64,000 bases of DNA from Methanobacteriota archaeon (GTDB lineage Archaea > Thermoplasmatota > Poseidoniia > Poseidoniales > Thalassarchaeaceae): the NCBI GenBank assembly GCA_002722595.1, contig PBMO01000021.1, positions 3,217 through 67,216 of the forward strand, given 5' to 3'. The translations under genes were made by a program, and so were the position numbers. A model generated the notes under the pieces. It did not search any database and was not told the DNA's origin. It saw nothing but the letters and a program-made list of their open reading frames with translations. Shown piece after piece: positions 1 to 9,075 of the stretch (positions are counted from its first letter, which is position 1; each line of letters starts with the position of its first letter).

Positions 1-681
1 TACGAAAGTCATGGAAAACCGGGAGATGTAATAATTTACAAGAAAAATGGCGGCAATATGACTCCTGTAATACACAGAGTTCTGATTAAAGCAGTAGCAG
101 AGCAAACAGTTTCTCCAGAAAGAAATGCTGCAGATCCTTGTATCGCCAATGAGGGCAGTTGGGATCCAATTAGTGTTGATTCTGATGGCTTACCCGGTAC
201 ATGTGTATTAACATGGAGTGTACCTGGAACAAATGTAACGAATGTGTCCAAGATTAATTTGGTCCTCGACTACTTGTGTTTGAATGGTCAGAAACTAACG
301 ATATCCGATTGGGACCCTGGGCATGCCGGTTACCTAACCTCAGGGGACAATTTGCGAACCAATGGATGCAATGTTGATCAGTATGCGGCAGTTGGGGAAA
401 CAACACATACGTGGCGGGGACTTACTGATGAATATGGACAAGCAGTGACGGCAGTTCGCGATGATTGGGTTGTTGGCGTCGCCAGTTCTGAGATTCCATG
501 GGTTGGAGCAGTGAAACTTGGTTTATCTAACAATAGCGACGAGGTTCCGGGTTCATCTTGGACAAAGTTGCTTCTAACTGCGATTGTTTTGCTAGCAATT
601 CCAGCTATTTGGGAGAAATTCGCTAATCAAATTATGGAAACCGCTCCCGAAGTTGAACAAGCCAAGGTTGAGGAAGAGTGA
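1..681 (+). CDS. Signal peptidase I, Sec11/archaeal type (S26B); 5' end cut by the window edge; C-terminal TM helix
   Basis: Frame 1 is open from nt 1 (YESHGKPGDVIIYKKNGGNMTPVIHRV...), so the listed ORF 58..681 is only the part after an internal Met. The GDxxxx...P(I/V)xHRV box is typical of Sec11/archaeal SPase I. A hydrophobic stretch LLLTAIVLLAIPAIW lies near the C-terminus. Confidence 0.55.
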   Translation, partial: YESHGKPGDVIIYKKNGGNMTPVIHRVLIKAVAEQTVSPERNAADPCIANEGSWDPISVDSDGLPGTCVLTWSVPGTNVTNVSKINLVLDYLCLNGQKLTISDWDPGHAGYLTSGDNLRTNGCNVDQYAAVGETTHTWRGLTDEYGQAVTAVRDDWVVGVASSEIPWVGAVKLGLSNNSDEVPGSSWTKLLLTAIVLLAIPAIWEKFANQIMETAPEVEQAKVEEE

Positions 682-689
682 ATACGGCC

Positions 690-2234
690 TCAGAGTCGTT
701 GGGCAACAATCAGTAACATCAATCCGAAGAACAAGAATAGACTTGTGAATGTAGAGATTCTAGCCACAGTGGCTTCCGTTTTGAGAGGGTGGGGGTCCTT
801 CGAAAATTTGTGGAAAGTACCAACTAATACCGCTAGAAAGTCTTTGAAAAGATGACCACCATCAAATGGGATAATTGGGATCAAATTAGCAATGCCTAAT
901 CCCACATTCCACCATATGAACCAAAACATAAGAGTGATTAATGCCATGATTATTGTAGTACCAAATAAGTCTCCAACAACACCGTCTGCCGCGATGTATT
1001 CCATTTCATGTGGATCCATGATTTGTCCATCATGGTCGATAGGAATCCCAATAATAACAATTGGTTGTATGGCCAAACTTACAACTTTTTGATAACCAGT
1101 AGTCCCTTCATCGAATACTCGTGGTAGGAATAATGTATCAATTCCAATGGATCCGCTTGCCATCCCAGATACTCCGAGAAAGGATTTATTCTCATCAATC
1201 CCAGCATTTTGAATATCTTCATCAGTCCAATTTTGAGAACGCAAATATTCTGCATGACTACCCAGTGTTAAAGTGATATTTCTTTGCACCCTTGTGCCAT
1301 TTTCATCAGGATGACCAAGCACTGTTAACTCCACTTCGTCACCAGGTAAGAATTTCTGAATTTCAGTACTCATTTCTTCACCCGAATGGACAGGTACACC
1401 ATTGAACTCAGTGATAATTTCCCAAGGCTGTAGACCTGCCCCATCAGCGGCAGATTCTTCTAGAATTCCAGAAGCATGAACTCCGGGGTTAACCACAGCG
1501 AGTTGTGTGGCTAATAGACCAATCATTATCCAAGCAAAGAATCCAGCATACAGATTTGTGGCAGGCGCCGCCGCAAATAGGCGCGCACGCTCTTTTCTAG
1601 GAGCTTGTAACAATTCATCATGTTGGGGTTCAACAAAGGCTCCAGCAGGAAAGGGACCGAGCATGAGTAATCCAACAGATTTGACTCTCATACCATGTGC
1701 TCTTGCCTGAAGGGCATGTGCGAATTCATGTATGACTAGAGCTCCTACGAAAGCAATGGCTGGCCACCAAAATGGAATAATTGGACTAATCCCTGGGAAT
1801 GGAATTAGTTGGCTAGCAGGAGCATCTGATTTTTCTACACCATATCTCAATGCAAGTGCAAATGATAGAATCAAGAACAGGGTAATGAATATCATTACAA
1901 TGGCACATGTCCATAACGATATCTCTCCGTATGCCCTCCAAAAGCCCCTAGGTTTTGCTACCTTCTCAATAGTGTCTTGGCCACGTTTTGTTCGCAACAT
2001 TAGCAAGGCACCAAGAACTCTGGAAGCATTCCAGCGGTCTAGGACTCCAAACCTTTCAAGTTGACTGAGGGTGATGACCCATATTCCCAGTGCTGCAAAA
2101 ATCCAGTGGATTTGATAAGCAAGAAACCCACTGATGAATAGTACAATCAGTGCCCGTCTATCACGGGCTCTCAGAGTATCGCTCACACCTTCGCCTGACC
2201 CTTCTGCTTCTTGAAGCATCGTAAGAGGCCTCAA
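690..2234 (-). CDS. Site-2 protease family (M50) intramembrane zinc metalloprotease with inserted PDZ-like region
   Basis: HExxH motif in a TM helix (LVIHEFAHALQ). Second M50 motif NLIPIIPFDGGH near the C-terminus. Multiple hydrophobic helices are present. Confidence 0.85.
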   Translation of the reverse strand: MRPLTMLQEAEGSGEGVSDTLRARDRRALIVLFISGFLAYQIHWIFAALGIWVITLSQLERFGVLDRWNASRVLGALLMLRTKRGQDTIEKVAKPRGFWRAYGEISLWTCAIVMIFITLFLILSFALALRYGVEKSDAPASQLIPFPGISPIIPFWWPAIAFVGALVIHEFAHALQARAHGMRVKSVGLLMLGPFPAGAFVEPQHDELLQAPRKERARLFAAAPATNLYAGFFAWIMIGLLATQLAVVNPGVHASGILEESAADGAGLQPWEIITEFNGVPVHSGEEMSTEIQKFLPGDEVELTVLGHPDENGTRVQRNITLTLGSHAEYLRSQNWTDEDIQNAGIDENKSFLGVSGMASGSIGIDTLFLPRVFDEGTTGYQKVVSLAIQPIVIIGIPIDHDGQIMDPHEMEYIAADGVVGDLFGTTIIMALITLMFWFIWWNVGLGIANLIPIIPFDGGHLFKDFLAVLVGTFHKFSKDPHPLKTEATVARISTFTSLFLFFGLMLLIVAQRL

Positions 2235-2258
2235 GACCTAGTGCCTCTTGGGACTAAC

Positions 2259-2438
2259 ATGGTCGAAGCGAATGAGCAACGTTGGATCCAACGTCGAATC
2301 AATACGCTATTACGTGACAGGGATGCTATTAGGCGCATGCTTGAACAAGCGGATTATTCAAAGATCAATCGTGATGTAGGCCGACAAACAGTTTCTCTTG
2401 AGAAAGTTGAAGCATTACTCGCCGGAGAGGAAATCTAA
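2259..2438 (+). CDS. Small helical hypothetical protein (59 aa from the ATG at 2259; the ORF opens at 2211)
   Basis: This ORF fills an otherwise 200-nt gap between two minus-strand genes. The predicted protein is charged and helical (MVEANEQRWIQRRINTLLRDRDAIRRMLEQ...). No recognisable motif, so coding status is uncertain. Confidence 0.35.
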   Translation: MVEANEQRWIQRRINTLLRDRDAIRRMLEQADYSKINRDVGRQTVSLEKVEALLAGEEI

Positions 2439-3067
2439 GCCCGAAATCTTTCCATCCATGTTGGAATTATATCAGGTTCAATTTCTACGACTTTCTCAGT
2501 CTGGGGCTCAATAGAAATTGCACTTTCAACCAATTTTGATAAATTCCCAGTCTCCGAATTTCTGCAAACAAGAGCTAGAAATTTATGCAATGGTAAACCC
2601 TTGTCCCAGTCAAGATGTGGCTTGCCATTTCGAGTTAGTGGTAGTTTTGGTATTCTGCGGGCAAGAGTCGATAACCGTCCAGATAGATTCGTAGTATCAA
2701 CACGAAAAATCCTCCACGAATCACCTCGGACACCTTTCAGTCTGTGCGCGTACAATGGCATAAGCCCACATTTTTCTCCAATTTCTTGCATAGCATTCAA
2801 CTGATCTTCCTTTTGACCAGATAGGTACACTTTCTTGTCAGATCTAGTTTTCACTTCAATTGGGAAACAAATATCTCCTCTAAGGGCTAACAAATCACCA
2901 CTCCCATCCATCCCAGAACCTGCCGCTCTTACTACTAGAAATGGGCGTTGGACAACTTGCATCGCATATGCCCTTTCTATTTCTGTGCATGAACGCGTAA
3001 CGGCTCTAACTCCTGCCGGAGAACCTGCAAGGACGGCGCGTAATTCTCGCTCATAATTAGACGCCAT
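2435..3067 (-). CDS. Hjc-like archaeal Holliday junction resolvase (PD-(D/E)xK nuclease) with insertion and about 75-aa C-terminal extension
   Basis: The order YERELRAVL ... VVRAAGSG ... GDLLALRG ... PIEVKTR matches the Hjc layout (ERE helix, SG loop, D, E-x-K). I start it at the ATG at 3067 (MASNYERELR...) because Hjc proteins begin a few residues before the ERE helix. The ORF is open back to 3160. Confidence 0.65.
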   Translation of the reverse strand: MASNYERELRAVLAGSPAGVRAVTRSCTEIERAYAMQVVQRPFLVVRAAGSGMDGSGDLLALRGDICFPIEVKTRSDKKVYLSGQKEDQLNAMQEIGEKCGLMPLYAHRLKGVRGDSWRIFRVDTTNLSGRLSTLARRIPKLPLTRNGKPHLDWDKGLPLHKFLALVCRNSETGNLSKLVESAISIEPQTEKVVEIEPDIIPTWMERFRA

Positions 3068-3195
3068 CGGGGCATCCGGACCATCCGCGGTTATTACGCT
3101 GTTCGCTAAAGTCCGGCGTATCAGAATCATTTCTAGAAGAAAACCGAATTTACGAATCATTTTGTCCGAAGGTTTGACTATCCTCAGTTGTACCC

Positions 3196-3957
3196 ATGGA
3201 CGTGGGTGAGATAATTGTCCGCACCGCGGATTTCCGTTTAGCCTATCGTTTACTTACTATTTTGAAATCTCGGAAAGTTCGTTGTGCGCACATAGAACAG
3301 AATGCCACACTCCCTCCCTCTACACTAGCGTGGTTAGCATCTCCAGAGGAAGTTGAAGCCGCAGCGGACCCTCATGGAATTGCTGTTACATTGGACACAG
3401 TTGAGTCATCAATCGAACATGCTCTCCGTTTAGTTTCGAAAAGTGGCACGATTCAGAATCTGACTTTCGGCATAGACCCAGGTCCTAGACCGGGTCTTGC
3501 ATGGGTGGGAGATAACCGGGTTTTGGGCTCTACACAACTCGAATCTATTGATGAAACAATTGATCGAATATGTTCATTGTCAGGAAATATTGGTCATGTT
3601 TCTCTTATTGTTCGAATTGGAGATGGTGCACGCACAATTTCGAATCGTTTGATGAATGTCTGTCTGGCGAGAGGCCTTAGGGTTGAGCGGGTCGATGAGA
3701 GGCGTACATCGATAGGTTTGCAGAGAAATCAGCATGATACTTCCGCGATTAGAATTGCAAAAATGGATGGTTCACCAGTTACACAAAAACAACCAGTATC
3801 TCCTACAATGGGGGAAGTGAAGGAAGTCCAACGATTAAGCCGCAGGTTTTCTGGTGGGCAGGTTACTATTTCTCAGAGACTTGCTCAGGCAGTTGCAGTT
3901 GGAAGAATGTCCATGGAAGAAGCAATTGGGCGTCAAATTCAGCGGATTAGTTACTGA
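3196..3957 (+). CDS. RNase H-fold protein resembling YqgF/RuvX (putative resolvase/pre-rRNA nuclease family), with extra N- and C-terminal regions
   Basis: FGIDPGPRPGLAWV (acidic first-strand motif), LIVRIGDG, VERVDERRTS and DTSAIRIA are colinear with the RuvX motifs FDFGTKSIGVA / IVGLP / HDERLST / DSASAVIIL. This is recognition from memory only. Confidence 0.5.
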   Translation: MDVGEIIVRTADFRLAYRLLTILKSRKVRCAHIEQNATLPPSTLAWLASPEEVEAAADPHGIAVTLDTVESSIEHALRLVSKSGTIQNLTFGIDPGPRPGLAWVGDNRVLGSTQLESIDETIDRICSLSGNIGHVSLIVRIGDGARTISNRLMNVCLARGLRVERVDERRTSIGLQRNQHDTSAIRIAKMDGSPVTQKQPVSPTMGEVKEVQRLSRRFSGGQVTISQRLAQAVAVGRMSMEEAIGRQIQRISY

Positions 3958-3964
3958 TTAGTGC

Positions 3965-5704
3965 TTAAACACGTCGCCTTAATTTTTCCATTAGAGCATC
4001 AGCATCTCCTAGGGAACTCAGAGTTTCTTCGATTCTTCCTACTTCGAAATTAGCTTTGGCATCGCCAACACATTTCTCACAATCTGCTCGCTCTTCATCG
4101 TTCGATTTGATTCCTGCTGCATCCAATTTCTTACGAAGTGATACCCATTCTTGGTGTACGTATTCAAGTAATTCTTTTGCATCTGCACTTGTTGAATCCA
4201 TAACATCAAGATCTGATGTCAGGCGCTCAAGTAAAGTGGCTGCATGTGACCAAGACTTTCGTTTTGTAGCAGCCTCAACGTCTTTGATTCGCTCATCCCA
4301 TAGACTAGCATCGTCATGCCCTTTCCAACGTTGCTTAATTTTCTTCTTCTGTCGAAGTGCACGTTGAACATCACCCATCGCATCTCGTTCCTTCCGGACT
4401 TCTCGAACAATACTATCAGAGAGGCCACGTGCTAAACTAAAGTCCCCATCTTCAAGATGTTTGGATGCCATTTCTAATCGCTCTTCCCAAAGACTGAGAT
4501 CTAACCCTTCTCCTTCTTCCAATATTTTTACAGCATCAGTGTAAGCATCACTGGCTCCTTCACTAGCTTCACCCAAATTATGGACATGTTCTGGTATAGT
4601 TTCAGCAATCTCTAATGCAAGTGCACAGTCCTCTCTAATTAGTGCAGCCTTAGCTTGATCCAATAAATCATGTAATTGCCTGTGCTGACTCCCCTTCAAA
4701 TTAGATATTAGATGACTTGCTTCAGTAATTTTGTCTTCAGCAGACTTCCAATATTCTAGAATTTTTAGGGCCATTTTTTTTGCTCTTCGATATAGCATCT
4801 CAGCCTCACGAAGGCTACCTAAATCACGTTCTCTGTCGCCTGCATCCATACTTCGTTGCGGCTTCTTTGCTATTGGAGCAATAGCCAATGCATCAGCAAC
4901 AGACGCTGCACACACTTTGCGAATTTCTGAGATATCTTCTGACAAAGCGATTGTGCGTTCAATATCATCACTTACTTCAGCAAGAATTCTGAAACCATGT
5001 TCAGGATCTTTGTATCCGACTTCTGAAGCATTACGACACAAACTCGAGGCTTGATCTAGCTTAACTCCATCTGCTTGAAGTTGTAGAATTTTCATCTCCA
5101 TAGCATCCAATTTTTTACTGAATTTTTTCCGCTGTTGACGATCTAAATCACCACCGAATATATCCATCAAAACTGAGATTAAACCAAGAGTGAGTATTGT
5201 TCCAGAAATCATCAGAGTATTACTTTGATATTCATTGGAAATAATCACAGCACCCCCAATCGTGAGACCCCCTAAGGTGACCACACCCCGATATCTCTGT
5301 GCATCTAGGCTTCCACGTAGATTCTTGCGTGAAGCGATTAGGCATGCAATGGATACGAAAAACATCATCCCATGACCAATTTGCACAGTACTTTCAGTCG
5401 CAACAAATTTTGCCCCAATGACTGCAATTGCAGGCCAAGCAAGACTGCTTGCGACTCCTATCCGTCCTCTGGAACGCGCATCGTAGTCAACTAGATCTTG
5501 TAACAAAAGAGATGCAGTTAGAAGCATCGCTACTGGCCCTATTCTTTCAAACAATACGGCATCACCATTTAATGCAGGCCACATATACCATGTTGCACTG
5601 CCAATGGTTGCTAGTGCGCAAGTAAGTGCCAGACTAGATACACGATTATTCTGAATCAGAATCTCATTATCAATCCGAACAGCGAGGGCATCAGCACCTT
5701 CCAT
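3965..5704 (-). CDS. Polytopic membrane protein (N-terminal about 190 aa, about 6 TM) with a long cytoplasmic all-helical C-terminal domain
   Basis: Hydrophobic helices occupy the first third. The remainder is charged and helical with recurring L..A...L..GD...A-type hairpin patterns (LDQAKAALIREDCALALEIAETI, LEMASKHLEDGDFSLARGLSDSI). No catalytic motif is seen. Confidence 0.7.
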   Translation of the reverse strand: MEGADALAVRIDNEILIQNNRVSSLALTCALATIGSATWYMWPALNGDAVLFERIGPVAMLLTASLLLQDLVDYDARSRGRIGVASSLAWPAIAVIGAKFVATESTVQIGHGMMFFVSIACLIASRKNLRGSLDAQRYRGVVTLGGLTIGGAVIISNEYQSNTLMISGTILTLGLISVLMDIFGGDLDRQQRKKFSKKLDAMEMKILQLQADGVKLDQASSLCRNASEVGYKDPEHGFRILAEVSDDIERTIALSEDISEIRKVCAASVADALAIAPIAKKPQRSMDAGDRERDLGSLREAEMLYRRAKKMALKILEYWKSAEDKITEASHLISNLKGSQHRQLHDLLDQAKAALIREDCALALEIAETIPEHVHNLGEASEGASDAYTDAVKILEEGEGLDLSLWEERLEMASKHLEDGDFSLARGLSDSIVREVRKERDAMGDVQRALRQKKKIKQRWKGHDDASLWDERIKDVEAATKRKSWSHAATLLERLTSDLDVMDSTSADAKELLEYVHQEWVSLRKKLDAAGIKSNDEERADCEKCVGDAKANFEVGRIEETLSSLGDADALMEKLRRRV

Positions 5705-5745
5705 CGCCTACGGCGATGCCTTGTCCCCCTAATAGTGGTCTGCCT

Positions 5746-7989
5746 TCAAGACTCCTCATTTCCCTCTTCTTTTTTTGAGTTTTTCAAAACGATCAACCCA
5801 ATTATTGGTGGAGCGATAATGAAAATCCACATGAGTGGAGTCATAGTAGGTTGGATTGAAAAACCAGAATCAAATTCAATAGTTGTATTATTTTCAAGTA
5901 TTATTTCAACCATTACGGGGCCAGATGACCATTCATCCACCACTAATCGATGAGTCATAGTGCCAGGGCCATCCACACTCGCTTCAACAGCTGTTAATTC
6001 ATTTGTACATGCATCAACGTAACATATTTTGAATCGGGAAACACCTTGGCCATAGTTCTCTAGGGTAACATCCAGCGCGCCATTTTCTCCAGGACCTCCC
6101 TCTCCAACTTTGATGACCTCAATGACTCGATATTTTGCGCCAAATGATGGATCTACCTCAATTGACATTGAATGAGTTCCAGTGTTGCCCGAGGTATCCG
6201 TAGCATTCACAATTAGAGTATGTGTTCCAAAATCTAGAGGCGGGAGAACAAAATTTTCTATTTCACCCCATTCACTTCCGATATCTAACTTGATGTCATC
6301 CAACCACGCCTCCCACTCCAATTCTGTGATGTTGTCAATATCGTCCCAAGATTCAGTAAGTCTAACTTCAATTGAGGATAATCCTTCCACAGGTCGATTG
6401 ATATTTCCGTAATAATTTCCATCCACAAAGATAGCAGGGCGCGGGGATGGAGCATTGTGATCTTGAACTGTGATGTCCCAATGTTGAGTCACTTTATTCC
6501 CTGCTGCATCAACCAGCTCCATTTGCAATTCATATTGAGTAAGTGATTTTTCTTGATGCCTATCGTCAATTGTCAAATGTTGTCCATTCACATGAGAGCC
6601 TTGCAAGAAAATATCGTTCCAAGCATGGTTTCCTATTCCATTATGTGTCCAACCTGTGGTTTTGTTACTAAACCACTTAATTTCAACAGGAGGTGCTGAG
6701 TCATCCCCAGCCTCCACAAATGCTGAAATTACAGAACCAGATGGGATTGTGATGCTTGAATTTCCGTGTTCTATTGCAACAACGCCTTCGATTTCTGGAT
6801 GCGTATATTCCATTTGCAGATTCCTTGTTGGGACTACTCCATCGATGTAAACATCCATTGAATGATTTGAAATCAAACCCTGAGAATCGGTGCATTCTAA
6901 TGTTAGATTCAACCAAGTGCTGGGTTCTAGGCCTAGAAACATCGGATCGATTGTGATATTATTTGATTGTGAATCGATTAATGTATTGCCGATTTGCTCA
7001 TTGGTAGAAATAGAATCATGTAGGATAAATCGACTTTGAGGTTCAACAATTGATGTATCGGTGCAATCGGATTTTATCACAGAATATTGAGAAAATGGTA
7101 GCCAAGGCAAATCCCTATTTTCTCCATGAAAGGATGCAATGGGTGCGGAATTGGTGCCCAATGCAATTGTGACATTGCCCGAGACACCAATTGCACCACG
7201 ATCAATAATGAAATCATCCGGCAAACCAGAGATGTGCTCAGATTGCGGAGAATAACGAATTTCGTATGGAGCAGGGAGAGTGATACGTAAATCGGTTTGG
7301 TCTGAAAAAGATCCTGTGATTGGTACCCAAATTAGCCGTGTTGCTCGCCCATCAGATTGGCCAGATAGATTAGCTTGTGCTGTCCATCCCCAAGTTTGAT
7401 TGTCAATATAGGCCACAACATCAGCATCGCCAGCCATATCGACTTTGTCGTAGGCACAACAATCGACATCTGTATTGTTGGTGACCCATTGCAAAAACAG
7501 ATCAGCGTCATCACTGAATTGGTTGGTAATTTGGCGGTGTATGCCGAGGTGTGGTTTTTCTAAATCAGGATGCCCGAGAGTGTTGGGGACCGAAATCGAA
7601 GATGTCCAAGTCGCATTCGTTTGTGTGGATTGTGAGATAGGTCCGCTGATGTTCAAATGTGATGAACCAGTGATTTCCAAAGGAGATTCATTTCCTACAT
7701 CTAGAAATGAGGTTGCATTAAAGTCCGCATTGAAGATTAAGGAATTATTCTGTGGAACTCCATCAATCAAACGAACCATTGTCCAATTTCCATCAGGTAG
7801 ATGCAAATTGATAGGCGTGTTGGGGTCAACTGAAGTTAAGTTGCCAGATTCATCCCAAAGCAATACTGGACCTGGTGCTTGATTGCTCCAAAGGTGGATT
7901 GTGTCACCTTCTGCCTCCACAAGCGGGAATGGTGTGATGAGTAGAATCACGACGATTATGACCGCCTTTCGCATTGAAACACCCCTCAT
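5746..7989 (-). CDS. Large secreted, C-terminally TM-anchored surface protein, probable glycoprotein
   Basis: Signal-peptide-like N-terminus (MRKAVIIVVILLITPFPLVEA). Roughly twenty N-x-S/T sequons. C-terminal TM (LMWIFIIAPPIIGLIVL) followed by KNSKKEEGNEES. The ATG at 7989 overlaps the upstream stop as ATGA; an alternative ATG lies at 7974. Confidence 0.75.
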   Translation of the reverse strand: MRGVSMRKAVIIVVILLITPFPLVEAEGDTIHLWSNQAPGPVLLWDESGNLTSVDPNTPINLHLPDGNWTMVRLIDGVPQNNSLIFNADFNATSFLDVGNESPLEITGSSHLNISGPISQSTQTNATWTSSISVPNTLGHPDLEKPHLGIHRQITNQFSDDADLFLQWVTNNTDVDCCAYDKVDMAGDADVVAYIDNQTWGWTAQANLSGQSDGRATRLIWVPITGSFSDQTDLRITLPAPYEIRYSPQSEHISGLPDDFIIDRGAIGVSGNVTIALGTNSAPIASFHGENRDLPWLPFSQYSVIKSDCTDTSIVEPQSRFILHDSISTNEQIGNTLIDSQSNNITIDPMFLGLEPSTWLNLTLECTDSQGLISNHSMDVYIDGVVPTRNLQMEYTHPEIEGVVAIEHGNSSITIPSGSVISAFVEAGDDSAPPVEIKWFSNKTTGWTHNGIGNHAWNDIFLQGSHVNGQHLTIDDRHQEKSLTQYELQMELVDAAGNKVTQHWDITVQDHNAPSPRPAIFVDGNYYGNINRPVEGLSSIEVRLTESWDDIDNITELEWEAWLDDIKLDIGSEWGEIENFVLPPLDFGTHTLIVNATDTSGNTGTHSMSIEVDPSFGAKYRVIEVIKVGEGGPGENGALDVTLENYGQGVSRFKICYVDACTNELTAVEASVDGPGTMTHRLVVDEWSSGPVMVEIILENNTTIEFDSGFSIQPTMTPLMWIFIIAPPIIGLIVLKNSKKEEGNEES

Positions 7990-8960
7990 AGACGCGCCCC
8001 ATCATCAAAGATGATGGTTGAACCAGATGAATCGATAGTTAGTGGAAGGACTTTGTACAATTTCTCCATTTTTCTACGAATTTCTTCTGAGCCTTGGAAT
8101 AGGAAAAAACCACCGCCACCAGCGCCTAGTAATTTGCCTCCGGAAGAACCCATGCCCATGCCAACAGAGTATATTTCATCAAGTGCTCCACCTGTTATCC
8201 CATCGACTAAATTGCGCTTGATTTGCCATGATGCGTCGAGAAGTTTGCCGACAATTGCGTGTTCACTGGTTTGTAATGCATGCCGGACATCGATTGCCTG
8301 TTGGCGAAGTAAATCTAAATCTGCTCTTTTTTTATCGGTAGATTCAGATTGCTTAGCCAATATATTGCTCGCTTTTCTTGTAATACCTGTGTAAACTAAG
8401 AAGTAATTGGATTTCAATGCATCTGAATCTACCTCTATTGGAGTGACGATGACTGAATTATCAGGCATAAAAGAAATCTGATTTGAACCACCAAAAGCAG
8501 CAGCATACTGATCCTGTCGCCCAATCGGTTGTCCAAGAATATCGATTTCAATTCTGCAGGCTTCTTCTGCCAATTGTGCCGCATCTGGTGTTCTTCCTGC
8601 ATAGGTATGTAACGCATTCAATAAACCAACGGTTAATGCAGAGGATGAACCGAGGCCTGTGCCACGAGAAGGAATGTCTGCGATTGTAGTAATCTCCACA
8701 CTGTGGGTAACGCCGGTCAATCGCATTGCTTCTCGGACAAGTTCATGTTCTAGTCTCTCAAAATCATCAACAATTTCGGTTTTTGAGTAACTCACTCTGA
8801 CACTATTGTCAAATCTTCTATTGACAGTGACATGTATGTGCTTAGATAACGCCATAGAAGTCACCATGCCTCCGTTTTCGCTTGTTTCATAGTAAGCTGG
8901 AAGATCAGTCCCACCTCCACAAAACGAGACGCGAACTGGCGTCCGACTGATTATCATCAA
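7986..8960 (-). CDS. GHMP-family sugar kinase (heptose-7-phosphate/fucose kinase-like)
   Basis: N-terminal RTPVRVSFCGGGTDLPAYY and GHMP motif II PSRGTGLGSSSAL. A glycine-rich C-terminal motif KLLGAGGGGF is present. Confidence 0.8.
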   Translation of the reverse strand: MMIISRTPVRVSFCGGGTDLPAYYETSENGGMVTSMALSKHIHVTVNRRFDNSVRVSYSKTEIVDDFERLEHELVREAMRLTGVTHSVEITTIADIPSRGTGLGSSSALTVGLLNALHTYAGRTPDAAQLAEEACRIEIDILGQPIGRQDQYAAAFGGSNQISFMPDNSVIVTPIEVDSDALKSNYFLVYTGITRKASNILAKQSESTDKKRADLDLLRQQAIDVRHALQTSEHAIVGKLLDASWQIKRNLVDGITGGALDEIYSVGMGMGSSGGKLLGAGGGGFFLFQGSEEIRRKMEKLYKVLPLTIDSSGSTIIFDDGARL

Positions 8961-8997
8961 CTCGCGGACTCAGCAATCCCCCTTCAAGTCCTCGGCT

Positions 8998-9016
8998 CCG
9001 ATTCCTAAGGAATCGG
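8998..9016. promoter_or_regulatory. Perfect 8+8 palindrome CCGATTCC-TAA-GGAATCGG in the divergent GHMP-kinase/pyrB intergenic region
   Basis: Read directly from the sequence. It lies about 60 nt upstream of the pyrB ATG (9076) and just upstream of an AT-rich AATAAAG element. Confidence 0.4.
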
Positions 9017-9075
9017 TCGGTTGTTCCACCCCAATGAATAAAGTCGGGAGGCGTACGAGAGGTTACGGCGAGCCT

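Noticed and set aside
3068-3160. 31-codon N-terminal extension of the Hjc-like ORF
   Set aside because: It would leave only 35 nt for two divergent promoters. Hjc proteins start just before the ERE helix, and the internal ATG at 3067 fits that.
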